A DNA stretch of 41,044 nt from Guillardia theta CCMP2712 (taxonomy: Eukaryota; Protista; Cryptophyta): positions 486,672-527,715 of the forward strand of contig NW_005434655.1 in assembly GCF_000315625.1 (NCBI RefSeq). The letters run 5' to 3'. Of this stretch, positions 18,633 through 31,143 are shown in pieces. Position numbers and translations under genes: made by a program. Positions within the stretch are counted from its first letter, which is position 1; every line of letters starts with the position of its first letter. The notes under the pieces were generated by a model. The model was given only the letters and a program-made list of their open reading frames with translations. It was not told the origin of the DNA and made no database searches.

Positions 18633-21498
18633 TCACCTTTTCCTCCTTTTAGAGTTCATGATGACCTGAATCTTCTTGGTGTAATCCTTACATCTGGCCA
18701 CCGCGTTACACTCGAAGTTGTCGACATTGTCAAAGAGCTTCTTGTAGTAATCCCTTCGCTTTTCGCTCTCACTCTTCTCAATAACCCTATCGTCAGTCTC
18801 AATCGAGTCCTCCTCCTCTGCTCGCCCACGGGACCCTGGCATGCAGCACGTACAACACTTGATCGTCTTGTGCAACCATTTTTGCAACCAGTTTTCACTC
18901 TTGATCTTCTTGCGCGAAGAGTTTTCCCTCTTGATCTTCTTGCGCAACCAGTTTTCCTTTAACATCGACTCATATCGCAGGACCTCACATGCAAAAGGGA
19001 AAATCCACAGGGTGGAAGCGATCTTCATGCACTTTTCGATCTCGTCGGAGATAATGGCGATGATGACGTTCATGTAGAGGAGGTTCAGGAGAATCACCCA
19101 CACGACCTGCAGTATCAGCGTAAACTGCCAGACGCTGGAGCTGATGAGGAAGGTGTCGAACGAAACTTGCCCCAGCATGATGAACACAAGCTCGAGCATG
19201 ACTTGGAACACGTCTCCCTCATAGTTGAAGTCCTCTGCTTCACCTTCAGCGGGATGCCGAATTGTTACCCATATTGAGAAACCGAAAGACATGAGCAGAG
19301 GAACAAACAGAAGCGTAAGGAAGAAGACGTGCTTGATAAGCACGATGTAGAGCACCAGCAGGTTGGTGCCGATCCTCTCGATTGGCAGGAGGGCATGAAG
19401 GAGGGTGCACACAACGAAGATCCAGCCGAGGGCAAGAGCAGTCAACTCCCCTCGGATGTCATCCCTGTAGAAGCAGATGAGCGAAGCGTGGACGGTGACG
19501 TTGATGCAGACATAGAGGATGAGCGCAAGGTTCTTGAACACCCCTGAGGAGATCTTGTCGTACAACTTCACCGGCCTCCCGTCCTCGTTAGGATGGAAGT
19601 CTCGGTGGGTCAGCCTGCGGCGTTTCCATCCTGGATACAGCAGCCACCAGGTCGCAGCCATCTTCGTCCAAATCGGAACTTCTGTCTTCCAGCTTGCTGG
19701 TGTGACACTTCCATCCTCTCTGAAGTCGAGCAGCCGTAGGATGGAGCAAACAGAGAATACGACGAGGTAGGCAATATAGGGGATGAGCGTTTTCCCGATG
19801 TAAACGTAAATCCCAGACTTCCACCACTTGCTCTGGATGATCTCCTTGAAAGTTTCCTCTTCTGCAAACTCAGCAATCTCATGATATGCGATGATTTCGA
19901 CCCCACAGAGAGTTCTGAGTTTCTCTGCCGATCCGCCGTTAGTGTCCATCTGAAGTTTTTTCAGAAGATGCCCGTAGGGAGGCGCTCTTCTTTCAGCCGA
20001 TCTGAGAATATAGTCGTACATGTCTCTGTATCCCAGTCGTATCGCGAGGAGAAAGGGAGTGAGGCCATCCAGGTTCATGATTTCAAGAGAGGAAGTGTAA
20101 GAGAGATTTTCGATGCATTGGTTACAACCTTTGCACGCTGCTCCCTTGCAGAAATTTTCTGGGTAGCGTTCATCATGCAATTGATCTCCCTGCGGCTTAG
20201 CAACTCCCTCCATTCTGCCTCCATTTTGGTCGTGCCCCTTCACTTGACTTGCAGGCCTTCCTTTCCCCTCCCTTTCCTTGGCATGCCTTCTCTTGAGTTT
20301 CAACAACTTGAGCTTTGACATGATCGTGTATTCCAGATCCAACAAGCAGTCGACGACTTCCTTCTGTTGGTGCATCACAGCAAAGTGAAGAGCCGTGTTG
20401 CCATGGAAGTCCTGCAGCCACAGTATCTTGAGACTGTTCGTGTAGTTCGTGAAATGATGCTCCTCACTCTTCTCAGGGTCGCCAAGGACCAAGAGTTTGC
20501 AGATCTCCTTCTCGCCTATGCTTGAGGCAAGAGAGAGGGGCAGTCCTCCCAGATAGACCATCGGGGATGCTGCGTCCATATGCGAGCTGTCGGGGTTTTG
20601 AGTGAACTTGAAGCGGTGGACCTTGTTGATATTGTATCCTCGCAGCCACTTGATCAGCCTCTTGCGAGAACTCAGCAGATTGTTCGGTTTCTGCATGCGG
20701 ATCACGGATGGCTTGAAAAATGCTCCTTGAATCTCTTTGTCTACCATGGCCCCTTTCGTCAGCAGGAACCTAACCAGTTTCTTCCTCTTGCCAACGATCG
20801 CCATGTGCAAGGCGGTTTCTCCTGTGTAAAGACCAGCATCGTAGGGCAGGATCTTTCGCCGGAGAAGTTCAGGATGGTTTAAATCAGATTTGTACTCTTC
20901 GTTTACAACCCCTTTCCAATTTCCAACAAACACATGTGCCATGTCCCAGAAGACGTCGGAAATCTTTCCCGACGCCTCCCCCACATTCCTCAGCGCGAAC
21001 AAACAGATGAGATGCAAAGGATGTTCTCCTACAGGCCCGTGGGAACACATCTCAACTCCATGCACTTCCAGAAGGAGGTCGATGACGCTTTTGATCAGGC
21101 TAGTGTATCTGTTGCCGTGGGCACACTCCAAACCTTGGTCCTTTGCTTTGATGATTTCCGAGCACATGGTAGATAAATCCATGTCTGACTGTTCGCCTTG
21201 GCTGCAATCCTCTCTTACAGTGTCAGAGTTCTGATAATTCTTTTTAAGGTGATCTTGAACCTCTTGCAGCTGTTTCCAGATCTGCAGGTGGATTGTTCAG
21301 AGGAAGAAGTTGTTACCTTACACTTGTTACCTTAGTGCCGAACTGCTTCTGAGTGAAGTGCATCCGTATCGCTGTGTTGGTCTGCCTTTCATAGTCTTGA
21401 AACAGCCAACCAAAACTTTCCTTAGCATGGTAATCATTCTCAATCTTTGTCAACAACTTGGTGTCGGGGTGAACTCTTGATGATTGTGACATCTTCAT
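18633..21498 (-). CDS. TRPV-like ankyrin-repeat cation channel
   Basis: Ankyrin motifs YTGETALHMAIV, YLGGLPLSLASSIG, QDFHGNTALHFAV and NLDGLTPFLLAIRLG. About six hydrophobic helices; S6-like LLNLLYMNVIIAIISDEIEK; TRP-helix-like LWIFPFACEVLRYE. The upstream exon joins via a short GTAACA...CTGCAG intron (~21283-21331). Confidence 0.85.
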
Positions 21499-21639
21499 TT
21501 CATCAGAACTCAATCAGTGAGAGTCGATGGGGCATCTCATCCCTCGCTGCTCTCCTTCCTCTCCCTCCTTCGCTCCCCTCCTCGCCTTCCCCCATCCGCA
21601 ACCCCTGCTGGACCATTCCAACCGACACCCTTTGTAATT

Positions 21640-22030
21640 TACGACACAGATTCCCGGGCCGGGCCGGGGCCCGGGGCCCGGGCCACCGGACCGTGTGCCG
21701 CCGCCGCAGTGCCACGCCGGTCCGGCGTCGGCCCTCAGCCTGACTCAGTGACTCAGTATAACCGTCGGTGGCTACCGTGCCGCCGTCGATCGTCACCGTG
21801 GCAAGGGGTTTTTCATGGGAGAAATCCAGCAAGTAGCGAACTGTGTCAGCGCCCGGCACTGCGGCAGCAAGGCTGTGACCGTACAGCCCGGCTTTTCGGG
21901 CCCAAATCAGCAGTGTTTCACAATTTTTCTGAATTTCGGAAAACAAAGCCGTACCAAATAACATAATCAATAGTAGTATAGTACAGAGAATTTACCCGAT
22001 GATCGCCCCCCGGCGGGCCGGTGATCATCG
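21640..22030. repeat. GC-rich CCGG/GGCC island of a dispersed intergenic element type
   Basis: GGGGCCCGGGG, TGACTCAG and CGATGATCG/GATCATCG motifs are shared with 28735-29200 and 36585-36910. Confidence 0.5.
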
Positions 22031-22195
22031 CTCAAAGGTGCCACGGTGGTTGGGTTGGGCCAGGGCATCTGGTTTCCAGTCCGATCCAACCGTCCTTTGA
22101 ATAACTATGCTTCTTCCAAGTTCCTCTTGACGCACAACAGGGATTACTCTTAGTTCGTTGAGCTCACGTCCTTGATTGGTAACTGGGGAACTTAG

Positions 22196-23794
22196 TCAGG
22201 CAAGCAATGATGAAGCAGGATTCACTGCCTGTGAGATTGATGAACGTCGAATGATGGCCCTAGCAGTATGTTGTTGATGTTTCCGTTGCAATTTCAAGCC
22301 ATACATGGCCGCCTCGCTCTGAAGCTCCTTCAGCTGCTTCATCTTCTCTTCGGTCTTGACACGATTGGGAGCACGGTTCTCAATCGGGTTGCTCGATGAC
22401 TTGCCTTTTGCTGAACTGATCAGGTGGAGGAGAGGAGATAGATTATGGGTCAACGCTCGATTCTGCAGCAAACACAAAGATTGGGATGGGTTAGGGTATT
22501 GAGATGCACAGAAAGGAAACATCTCACTTGAGGAGTGGGCCACGCGAGTCCGGTGGGTTTGACAGCGGCTTGCTGAACAGATCCGAGTTGTCAGCGTATC
22601 GAAGAAGCACAAGCATAACATACATCAGAATGACGTACACGACGCGTCGGCCTCGTGCTCAGTCTTGATCTCAGCGTACTCTTAGGCTGAGCCCCAACCG
22701 GTTCTGGGAACCAAGTCAAAAAGTCAGCAAGAGAATAGCAATAGAGGAAGCTTACTCGCAGCAGAATAGATCGATCTTGATCTCTTTGCCACATAGTCAT
22801 GGAAAAGCTCCTTCACTTGCTCGAGATGGAAACCTCGAAGCAGACTGTCCTTATCTAGCGTGTCTGGCCCCTGGTACGTCAAGATCATGGTCGTAGGCTT
22901 GTCAGTCTGATAGAACTCCAACTTGATATCATGATATCCGGAATCAAGGAATATCCCTGCGTTCTCTTCATGTATGCCAGAGAACCCCGTGTTGTTGATG
23001 AGAGAGACGCCGTCGATGGAGAAAGTCGAGAAATTAGAGGACATAACAGTGAATTGGTAGTCTCCAGAAACATAGATTCTGATGGATCCCACCCATACGG
23101 CAGCGATTCGCTTGTCTTTGTACTCGTTGTGTCCATCCAAAAAGTCATCAAGAGTCAGGAAATCGATGGTGTTCTCTACGTTGGAGAAGTCAGGATCGAG
23201 TTCTGACAGTGATACGTTGCTCATATCCACTGAGGGGTCGAAGAAGTAGTAATCGCCCCAAAAGCCGTTGATGTACTCATGCCGAACCGGGTTGTTGCAT
23301 CCGAATCGTGCCATCACATCAGCAACCGAGGAGTTCTGAGTCCCATTGCTGCTGCTGTTGCTTATCGCAAGCAGAGTTTGCCAGGCTGCCTCTCTCGAGT
23401 CATCATCAAGGGTGCGCAGACGCTCCATCTGCTGCTCAGAGTCTACTTCAGACAGCATATCATTCACGTCTAGGAGGAAGCTACACAGCGATGACTCCTG
23501 CTGGGTTGTCTCATTGTTCACGGCAGCCAGGAATTCTTGCACGAGCGGGTTTGAGCTCTTGGAGAAGGTCTGGAAGGCTTGTCGCACCATCCACTCGTTC
23601 TCGTCAGCATATCCAGCTGAGGAGCTGAAGCCACTAGCTGTAAGAATACCATTCCGAGGAGAGGAGGAGACACAGAGGCACAGGAGGCACAGAACAAGAC
23701 CCGAGACGAAGAGCAACGCGCCTCGGGGTATTGAGCATTCTGGTTCTGCTCTGTGGGATGGCAACGAGCGACAAGAGGAAACAATATGATCCAT
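22196..23794 (-). CDS. PA14-domain protein with an N-terminal transmembrane/signal-anchor segment
   Basis: Hydrophobic LLFVSGLVLCLLCLCVSS. PA14-like IAAVWVGSIRIYVSGDYQFTVMSSNFSTFSIDGVSLINNTG...GIFLDSGYHDIKLEFYQ...MILTYQGPDT. Further 3' exons follow a GTAAGC donor near 22755; 3' end approximate. Confidence 0.78.
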
Positions 23795-24448
23795 CGCGAA
23801 GTTTTTTGAGCGTCAGATGTTTGAGAGACGATCCACTATGACTCTTTCCCTCCTCCTCACTTCCCGATCCCCAACCTCACCATCTCGTCCTTTCCCCGCC
23901 CGCCATGACTCTATTCTGGGAGCGACCGGGCGGTTAAGTCCAGTTACAAGAACACCAACACCTCAACGACCATGTTGCAGCGGTAACGGGGAGGTGTACG
24001 CTGGTGGGTACGGGGGTCAGGTGGGTAGGAGGTGTGAAAGTACCGGGTACTTTATAGTGATATGTTATGTGCTTTTGGGGGTATACTCGTCAACCTGTGA
24101 TGAGACAGGGGGTAGTGAACCAAACGGTAGGTGGCGTGGGGGGTGGGGGCCGCCTGTGCACGAGCCTTGTAGCAAAGGGAGGAACGATATACTACCCCTA
24201 CTAATAACCTCTAATTTTCTGCATTTGGAGGGGTACATTGAAGGCTCTGATTTTGTGAATGATTTACTTATATTATAAATAATATTAAATTGACTTGCGT
24301 TCGGTAGTGATTTGGAAGAAAATATTTTTGGATGCTGAAAAATTGAAAGTTAGGAGAACAAATATAATGTAATATTCATTTATAGATTCTTGAGTAAAGA
24401 TGTGTTAGACAATCGTTGATCCCATCCTCCGCCCCCTTCCCCACAACC

Positions 24449-26570
24449 ATGCTCTCCCTGGTGCGCGCGCGCGCCGTTCGGGCGGCAAGCACGAGCATGA
24501 AGCGATCGATGAGCTCGTCTGCTCCATCCGGAAGCAACAAGAGGCTCGTCCTTGCCTACTCTGGCGGTCTCGACACCTCCACTCAGCTCAGGTGGCTTGC
24601 CGACAAGGGTTACGAAGTCATCGCTTTCACCGCCAATCTTGGACAGGTTGGAAAATCAGCGCAGTAATTGACATCGTGTGTATTGTTCAGATACCAGAAG
24701 AGAAGAACAAAAAACTGATGACACTGTTTTGCGTTTTGCTTTGCGTGCCGATGATAGCTTAGCTTTGTTGGAAGGAATTTCAACAAAAGATCCACTGTTC
24801 TGGCGAGTTGGTGACAATGTGGTTTTCAGGGTGGAGGAATTGTTGAGGAGGACTTCTCGGGTATCGAGGAGAAGGCGCTGAAGTCTGGAGCCGTCAAGGC
24901 TTATGTCTTGGATCTTCAAGAAGACTTCGTCAAGAACTACGTCTTCCCCATCATCCGATCCAACGCCATCTACGAGAGCAGATACTTGCTCGGAACCTCT
25001 CTTGCCCGTCCCTGCATCTCTAAGGCTCAGGTGGAGATCCTCGTTTCACTGCCTCCTCACGTCGAAGATGCATGACCGGGTGCTTGCAGGTTGCGATCGC
25101 CAAGAAGGAAGGCTGCAAGTACGTGTCCCACGGGTCCACAGGAAAGGGTAACGACCAGGTAGATCTGAGAGGCAAGGCTCATCTGCTGCCGTGCTAACAG
25201 CTGCCCGCAAAGGTTCGCTTTGAGCTCAGCACCTACGCTCTCGCCGCTGGCCTCGAGTGCGTTGTGCCATGGCGCATCCCCGAGTTCTACAACAAGTGCA
25301 GTCCCTTGATCTCCTGCTGCCCACCATGGCTGACGTTGTTACGTGCTGCAGGTTCCAGGGCCGCCAGGACCTCCTCGCCTTCGCTAAGGAGCGTGGAATT
25401 CCCATCGCTATGGACGCAGGGAACAGGCCTCCCTACAGGTGACGCGCGTTACTATGCTACTCTTCGTGATTGCCTGGTTGCAGTATGGACGATAACATGT
25501 TCCATATCTCGTTCGAGTCCGGCGTGCTCGAAGACCCGGCTGCTACTCCTCCTGAGTCCACCCACAAGTACACCACTCCCCTCGCAAAGTGCAAGGAAAC
25601 GCACGATGATGTGCAGGTAAGGGAGAATGAGAAGGACAGCCCCGGGTGTCGAGGACTAACGGTTGCTGCTCTGCAGATCTGGTTCGAGAAGGGAGACCCT
25701 ATCAAGGTGAAGAACCTCAACACTGGAGAGGAGGCAAGCACTCCCGCAAACATCCTCAAGGTTCCAGCTCGCCCTCTCTTCGGCTCTTCTGACAGGCAGT
25801 CAGTTCCTCAACAGGATCGGTGGACAGCATGCCATCGGCCGCATCGACATCGTCGAGAACCGTTACGTCGGCATCAAGTCACGAGGAGTCTACGAGACTC
25901 CAGGAGGTGACTCCTTTAGCTCTCACTCTCGCTCCTTCCTCCTCTCTCTGACTTGTTGCCCTCACTGCGTCGACCATCCGGCACATCGCTGAGTCTTTCT
26001 GCCCTCAGGCACTATCCTCCGTGCCGCTCACTTGGATATCGAGGCTCTCACGCTTGATCGCGAGGTACTGCGGTCTATCCATCGGCATCGGTCGACGTGA
26101 TGACATGGGCTGCCAGGTCCTTAGAATCCGTGACATGCTCTCCTTGAAGTACTCTGAGTTGGTCTACAACGGCTTCTGGTCTCCCCCTTTGCTCCTCAGT
26201 CTCATCCCTCCTCCCATGACCATGTGCACAGGTTTTCTCCCGAGATGGAGTTCTTGCAGCACTCGATGGACTTCACTCAGCGCCATGTCAACGGAGAGGT
26301 GACGTTTCCTCCTCCTCCTCCTCCTCCTCCTCCTCCTCCTCCTCCTCACTCTTGTCTCTGCAGGTTCGCCTTCGCCTCTTCCGCGGCAACGCCATTGTGC
26401 TCGGACGCTCCTCTCCCAACTCTCTCTACAACAAGGACATCGTGTCCATGGATGTGGAGGGAGGATTCGACGTCTCTCACTCGGAGGGATTCATCCGCAC
26501 CCAAGCCCGTCGCCTCCAGGCCTACCGCAACATGGCGTACCCCAAGGGCAGGGATCTTCCATCGGTCTGA
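24449..26570 (+). CDS. ASS1: Argininosuccinate synthase with an N-terminal mitochondrial-type presequence, intron-rich
   Basis: Motifs seen: [38 protein letters not shown]|[71 protein letters not shown]. Confidence 0.96.
26308..26347. repeat. (CCT)n microsatellite in the last ASS1 intron
   Basis: Directly visible; it produces the poly-P and poly-R shadow ORFs. Confidence 0.9.
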
Positions 26571-26689
26571 GAAAGATAGGAGCGAGATAGGCCTTGAACG
26601 TCTCTTCTGTCAGCCTACAGCCTGTGGGTAGACAAGTCTGGCAGCACTGTTTTGTATTCCCGCGTCTTGTCACGTTAAGAATATCAACG

Positions 26690-28320
26690 ACTCCTGAAGC
26701 TTGAAGCGAACCCTCTTGTTCTCTCGGGCTACGGCACCGTACGAGGAGGCTTACCTGACCTCAAACTCATCTTCTGGTCGACCTCGCGCTCGTGACGTGT
26801 AGGAGCTCTGCATCCTAGTGAGCGAGGGAGAGGACAAGCACGCGAGAGCTTCTTACCTTGAGCCAACAGCCTGACCCACCCAACCATTGTAGTGAGTGTC
26901 TAGAAAGATCCTCTGAGGGTGCGGTTGGTTGGCTGTCATGGGCACAAGGATGGTTCTTCCCCCATAGATCAGCTTGCCATACTTGGCGATCGGACGCCTG
27001 TGGTCGTACAAACGCCCTGTCGACAACCTGCTGCTGGGTCGAGGAGAGAACCCGGCGACATCTCGCAGCTCGTCCTGCTCAAGAGGTCAGAGGTGTTGCC
27101 GCACGGAGACCTCACCTTGTCAGGAGCTTCCTTCGAGAAGATGATGCTCGTCTTGCTGCCGTACCCTACCACGTTGATCCGTCGGGCTGACTGATCTCCT
27201 CGCGCTGCTCGCTCTTTCATCTCGTTCCAATTTCGATGCATTCCAGCATGGTATGCCGGCCTCTCTATGCTGTGTCTCTTCAGCACTGTTTCAGACTTGA
27301 CAGGCGACTCGTATGGATGGAACGTGTCTAGGATTGGAGTTGGAAGACGATTTTCTTTGTCGTCAAATCGACGAGTGCTCCGAAACAACATACCGTCTCT
27401 CTCCTCCTTGTCGAGAAGGGGAGTACCGATACATCGAAATCTGTTCCGATCGTTGTAGACCATGGTCTTGCTCAAGAAACTGCTCTTCCTGGAGTGCACC
27501 TTTTCTTCCGCTTCCGCTTGCCTTGCTAGCTTCTGTAGTTTGATTCTGTCGATCCTGGAAACAGAGCAACGAAGGAAACGTCAACACAGCACAACAGAAG
27601 AACAATCGCATTACGATTTCGTTGCCATCTCCGCTTCTGCAAACAAGTCTGCGCTCTGCCTTCCAACCGAGGACACCCAGCTGGTGGCTGGTCGCTTGAA
27701 TTTGTCGGAAGCTGTCCATTCCCTATCCCAGTCCATCTTGCCCTCGTTGTGAGCTGTCACACGGTGAACAAAGTCAGCGACATGCCTTTCACAACAACAG
27801 CACACAACTACCGACTGTCATGCGATCCACCCGAGTTTGATGCGTCATGTGCAACGGGCCCGAGTTTCTCAGATCGAAGCGAAAAGAATGCAGAGATTGA
27901 GGAGAGAACGATCTCATGATGTAGAGCCAGACACAAGAGTCTTTCTCCAAGTGTTCGCCCCACGTGCCTTTCCCTCCAAGGACAAAACTTGGAACAGCAC
28001 ACTTTTCCCCAAAGACCCTACCACGTTCCAGATGTTGCTCTCATAGAAGTTCAGAACATCGCAGACTTGGCGAATGCTCTTTGCAGGTAGGTGTGGACGT
28101 TTTCCCAGCTCAGCCCTCCAGTTACCTGCGGATTCTTTTGAGAGTCATTTCGTGAATCGGAGCGGTCAATCGTCTCCACTCCTCTCATGTCTTCCATTTC
28201 CTCATTCTACAGACAGGAATATTGCTATCGTGTTCTTGATTCTTGCATCCTTTACACATGAAAATCCGTTGTTCAAGTGACCTGCTCGTCCTCCTGAACA
28301 CTCCTGCTCCGATTCTGCCT
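26690..28320 (-). CDS. Hypothetical multi-exon hydrophilic protein
   Basis: Long exon ~27115-27560 (...HSRKSSFLSKTMVYNDRNRF...IIFSKEAPDK|GTGAG) plus flanking exon-like segments with GT-AG boundaries. No family recognised; limits approximate. Confidence 0.4.
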
Positions 28321-28734
28321 ACAACGGCTCATGTTCCTACCCCTCTCCAACTTCACCACCATCATCCTGCCACACTCTCAGAGTCCCGATGTGCATCAGA
28401 GGAGAGGCCCATCTCCTGTCCCTAGCTCGCCTACCTCTCCTCATGTCTACCCTTCAACTTCCTCCCGCCTCCGCCCCTGCCCATCTGCCTACCATTCCCT
28501 CCAACCCATCGGTCCTGCATCCTGCGGCCATCACTTTTGCACCAGTACAAGCATTTCCTTACTCATATTGTAAAGTTTACTCAACTAAAATTTCATACAC
28601 AGTTTTTATCAAATAGTCCTGAGATACCTTCATACGTCTCAGTACATAGGGGGTGGGTGGGTGATTTATCGCTGTACCTGGCGTACCCCTACCCCTCTCC
28701 CTCCCCTCAGTGGTATCCTCGAGTAACGCGAGGG

Positions 28735-29200
28735 ATCGGAGGGCCTAATGGATCCACTGCTGGCCGTTAGCGGATTACCCAAAGAAATCAGTCAATGTTT
28801 TTTTCCTTTTTTTATTTCTTTTTTTATTTGTGTATTAGAATCCGACGGTACGGTAGTACCGGCGGTAAGAACTTTCGCAACTCATTGGAAATTACTGCCG
28901 CAGTACCAAGTTGAATCAGCATGGCACTGCGGCAGCCAGGGCCCGGCGGCCCCCGGCCCCCGGTGACCCGGGCGGCGCCGGGCTGAGTGCCAGATCCGAT
29001 CAGGGCCATCTGAGCCCTCCGGCGAGGGGGCCGGGCGCCATCACAGGCGGCTCTGGCCCATATGAGGGCACTCCGTAGCGTCCCCGGGGACTCAGGGCCG
29101 ATCATCGGATGATGAGTGCGTCACCGTCAGTAGCAGCTGCTCATCGGCCGCGGCTCGGTGAACGGATCATGCCAAGTTAGCCTGTTTGACTCAGGCCGGC
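28735..29200. repeat. GC-rich CCGG/GGCC intergenic island (second instance)
   Basis: GGCCCCCGGCCCCCGG, CCGATCATCGGATGAT and TGACTCAGG motifs, similar to 21640-22030. Confidence 0.5.
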
Positions 29201-29210
29201 GAGCTCAGAA

Positions 29211-30709
29211 TTAGCTCTGGTGGTCCTGATAAATGCGGTGTACAGCGGAGAAGTCAAGGCCCCCCGCCCCCTTGGCTTCAGCCTTGAGATATTGTTGACT
29301 GGCTGCAGCAGAAACTGGTAGCTCCAACTCTGGATAATTACATTAAACAAGCTCTTTGAGGAGAACAATTACCGTTTTGGCTTGCAAGTAGGAGCGCAAG
29401 GTTGATATCCTTTCTTGCATGCTTCAGCGGGAAAGCGGGGTCGTACTTGCCCTGATTCATGAGAGGCCCCTTGAGCTTGAACATGGGGCTAGCGATGGCT
29501 CCAGAGTCAACGACATCAAGCAGATCCGATATCTTGCAGGACATCATCGTCTGGTCAAAGCTATGCTATTTGCAAACCTGCAACCCGGTGGAAGAGGCAA
29601 GCGCCATGCCCTCAGAGAACGCACTCAGCATGCTTGTCATGATCATGTTGACGACTAGTTTCATCTTGGCTCCTGCTCCGACCTCACCTGCAGCGATGCC
29701 TTCACCAACAAGCTTGCGGCAGAGTCTCGAGAGGTTTGCTCAGTCAAGAATCACTTCACCTAAAAATACGCTCTTCTTTCCCATCGCGTTGAGTGCAGGG
29801 AGAACCTACAGCTGTCTCTTAAACATCGTTCTTGTATCACTCAAAATCTCAACCTCATCATAGAGCGACTTGTCGCCGGCACACAGGAAAATCAGGCTTC
29901 GGAACTTAGATCACTGCGGAGTGTACAAGAGCACGTATTGAACTCACGTTCCATCTTCAGCAGGCTTCTTACTACCAGAGACAGGAGCCTTGAAGATAAA
30001 CAGGTCACACAGAGAGCGGTTCTTAGATCATTGTGACTGCTACCTCAAGAAACCTTCCTCCCTTCTCCTTGATGGAAGCACAAATTTGCCTGCTGCAATC
30101 GTCCGAGACTGTACTGACATCCACATACGCCTGCAAGGACTTGTCAAGATGGAGGGGTCGACCAGGAGATCCGGCTTACTTTTCCCTCTTTGATTTCGCT
30201 GAGAACTCCTTGAATGTCGTCTGTTCCATACACAACATCCTTCGCTGCTTTTGGGTCCGCCAGCATCGCAAAGGTTACGTCGCACTGGTTGACGACCTGC
30301 CAGAGAGTGTAAGGTTCTACATCTGTAAGGTCCTCCGCCACCTCTGCCGGGCTGTTGGCTTGCTGTGCTCCACATTCCACCAATGGAACACATTTCTCTG
30401 GACTGCGATTCCACACTGTGACGGAATAACCTGCCTTGAGAAGATTCTTTGCCATTGGAATCCCCATAATCCCCATACCAAGGAAACCAAGGCGAGTGGC
30501 TCCCTACAGAACATCAGAAGCACTCTTGTGCCTTGCCCTGGTACCATCACCTCGGTTGGACCTCCTCCAGTCATCCTCAAAGGCGTCTTCACGCCCCTGG
30601 TTTGTAGGATCGCTCTACCATGAAGATATTGAATACTCGGACTACTTGTGTAGGCCTTGGCTTCAGACGTAAAGAGAACAAGCAGCGCCAAGGCGTTTCT
30701 CATCATCAT
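29211..30709 (-). CDS. GLYR: Glyoxylate/succinic semialdehyde reductase (beta-hydroxyacid dehydrogenase family), probably plastid-targeted
   Basis: Motifs seen: LGFLGMGIMGIPMAKNLLKAGYSVTVWNRS, APVSGSKKPAEDG, GAKMKLVVNM, YDPAFPLKHARKD, GLDFSAV. Leader MMMRNALALLVLFTSEAKA-Y followed by a transit-like segment. Stop TAA at 29213-29211. Confidence 0.88.
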
Positions 30710-31143
30710 CTAACCGTAAGAACGTGTAGGTCAGTAAACAAGTCAGCCGTCATCAACGAATGTCTGTGAAGGAACATATCACGATCTTGTAGGAGAGAAA
30801 CAAGCATCATCATCTCTGGCTAGGAGACAAGACAAGACATTCTCTTGCGCGCCTTCGCTTCAGCGCTCCCCTCGCTCATCTGCTCGCTCATCTGCTCGCT
30901 CATGGCTTATATGACTGCACTAGTTGGTTGTCTTGGCGCTGCCAAGTTGGAGCAGGTCACGTGACCTGGTCAAAGGGGAGATGAGGTCCCAGCATTGCGA
31001 GCAAACCGATGGTCGGAGGTCAGTTCGATGGCGCCTGGCACAGATGAACAAGAGCGAGAGGAGGAGGGAGAGGAGGCAGGGAACGAGGATGAAGGAAAGG
31101 AGGTGAGTATGAATCACTCGAGCGCCTGTCTTGCTCTGTGAGG

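Noticed and set aside
21503-21970. 155-aa and 149-aa ORFs upstream of the TRP gene
   Set aside because: They overlap a GC-rich island where stops are scarce, and the translations are not protein-like.
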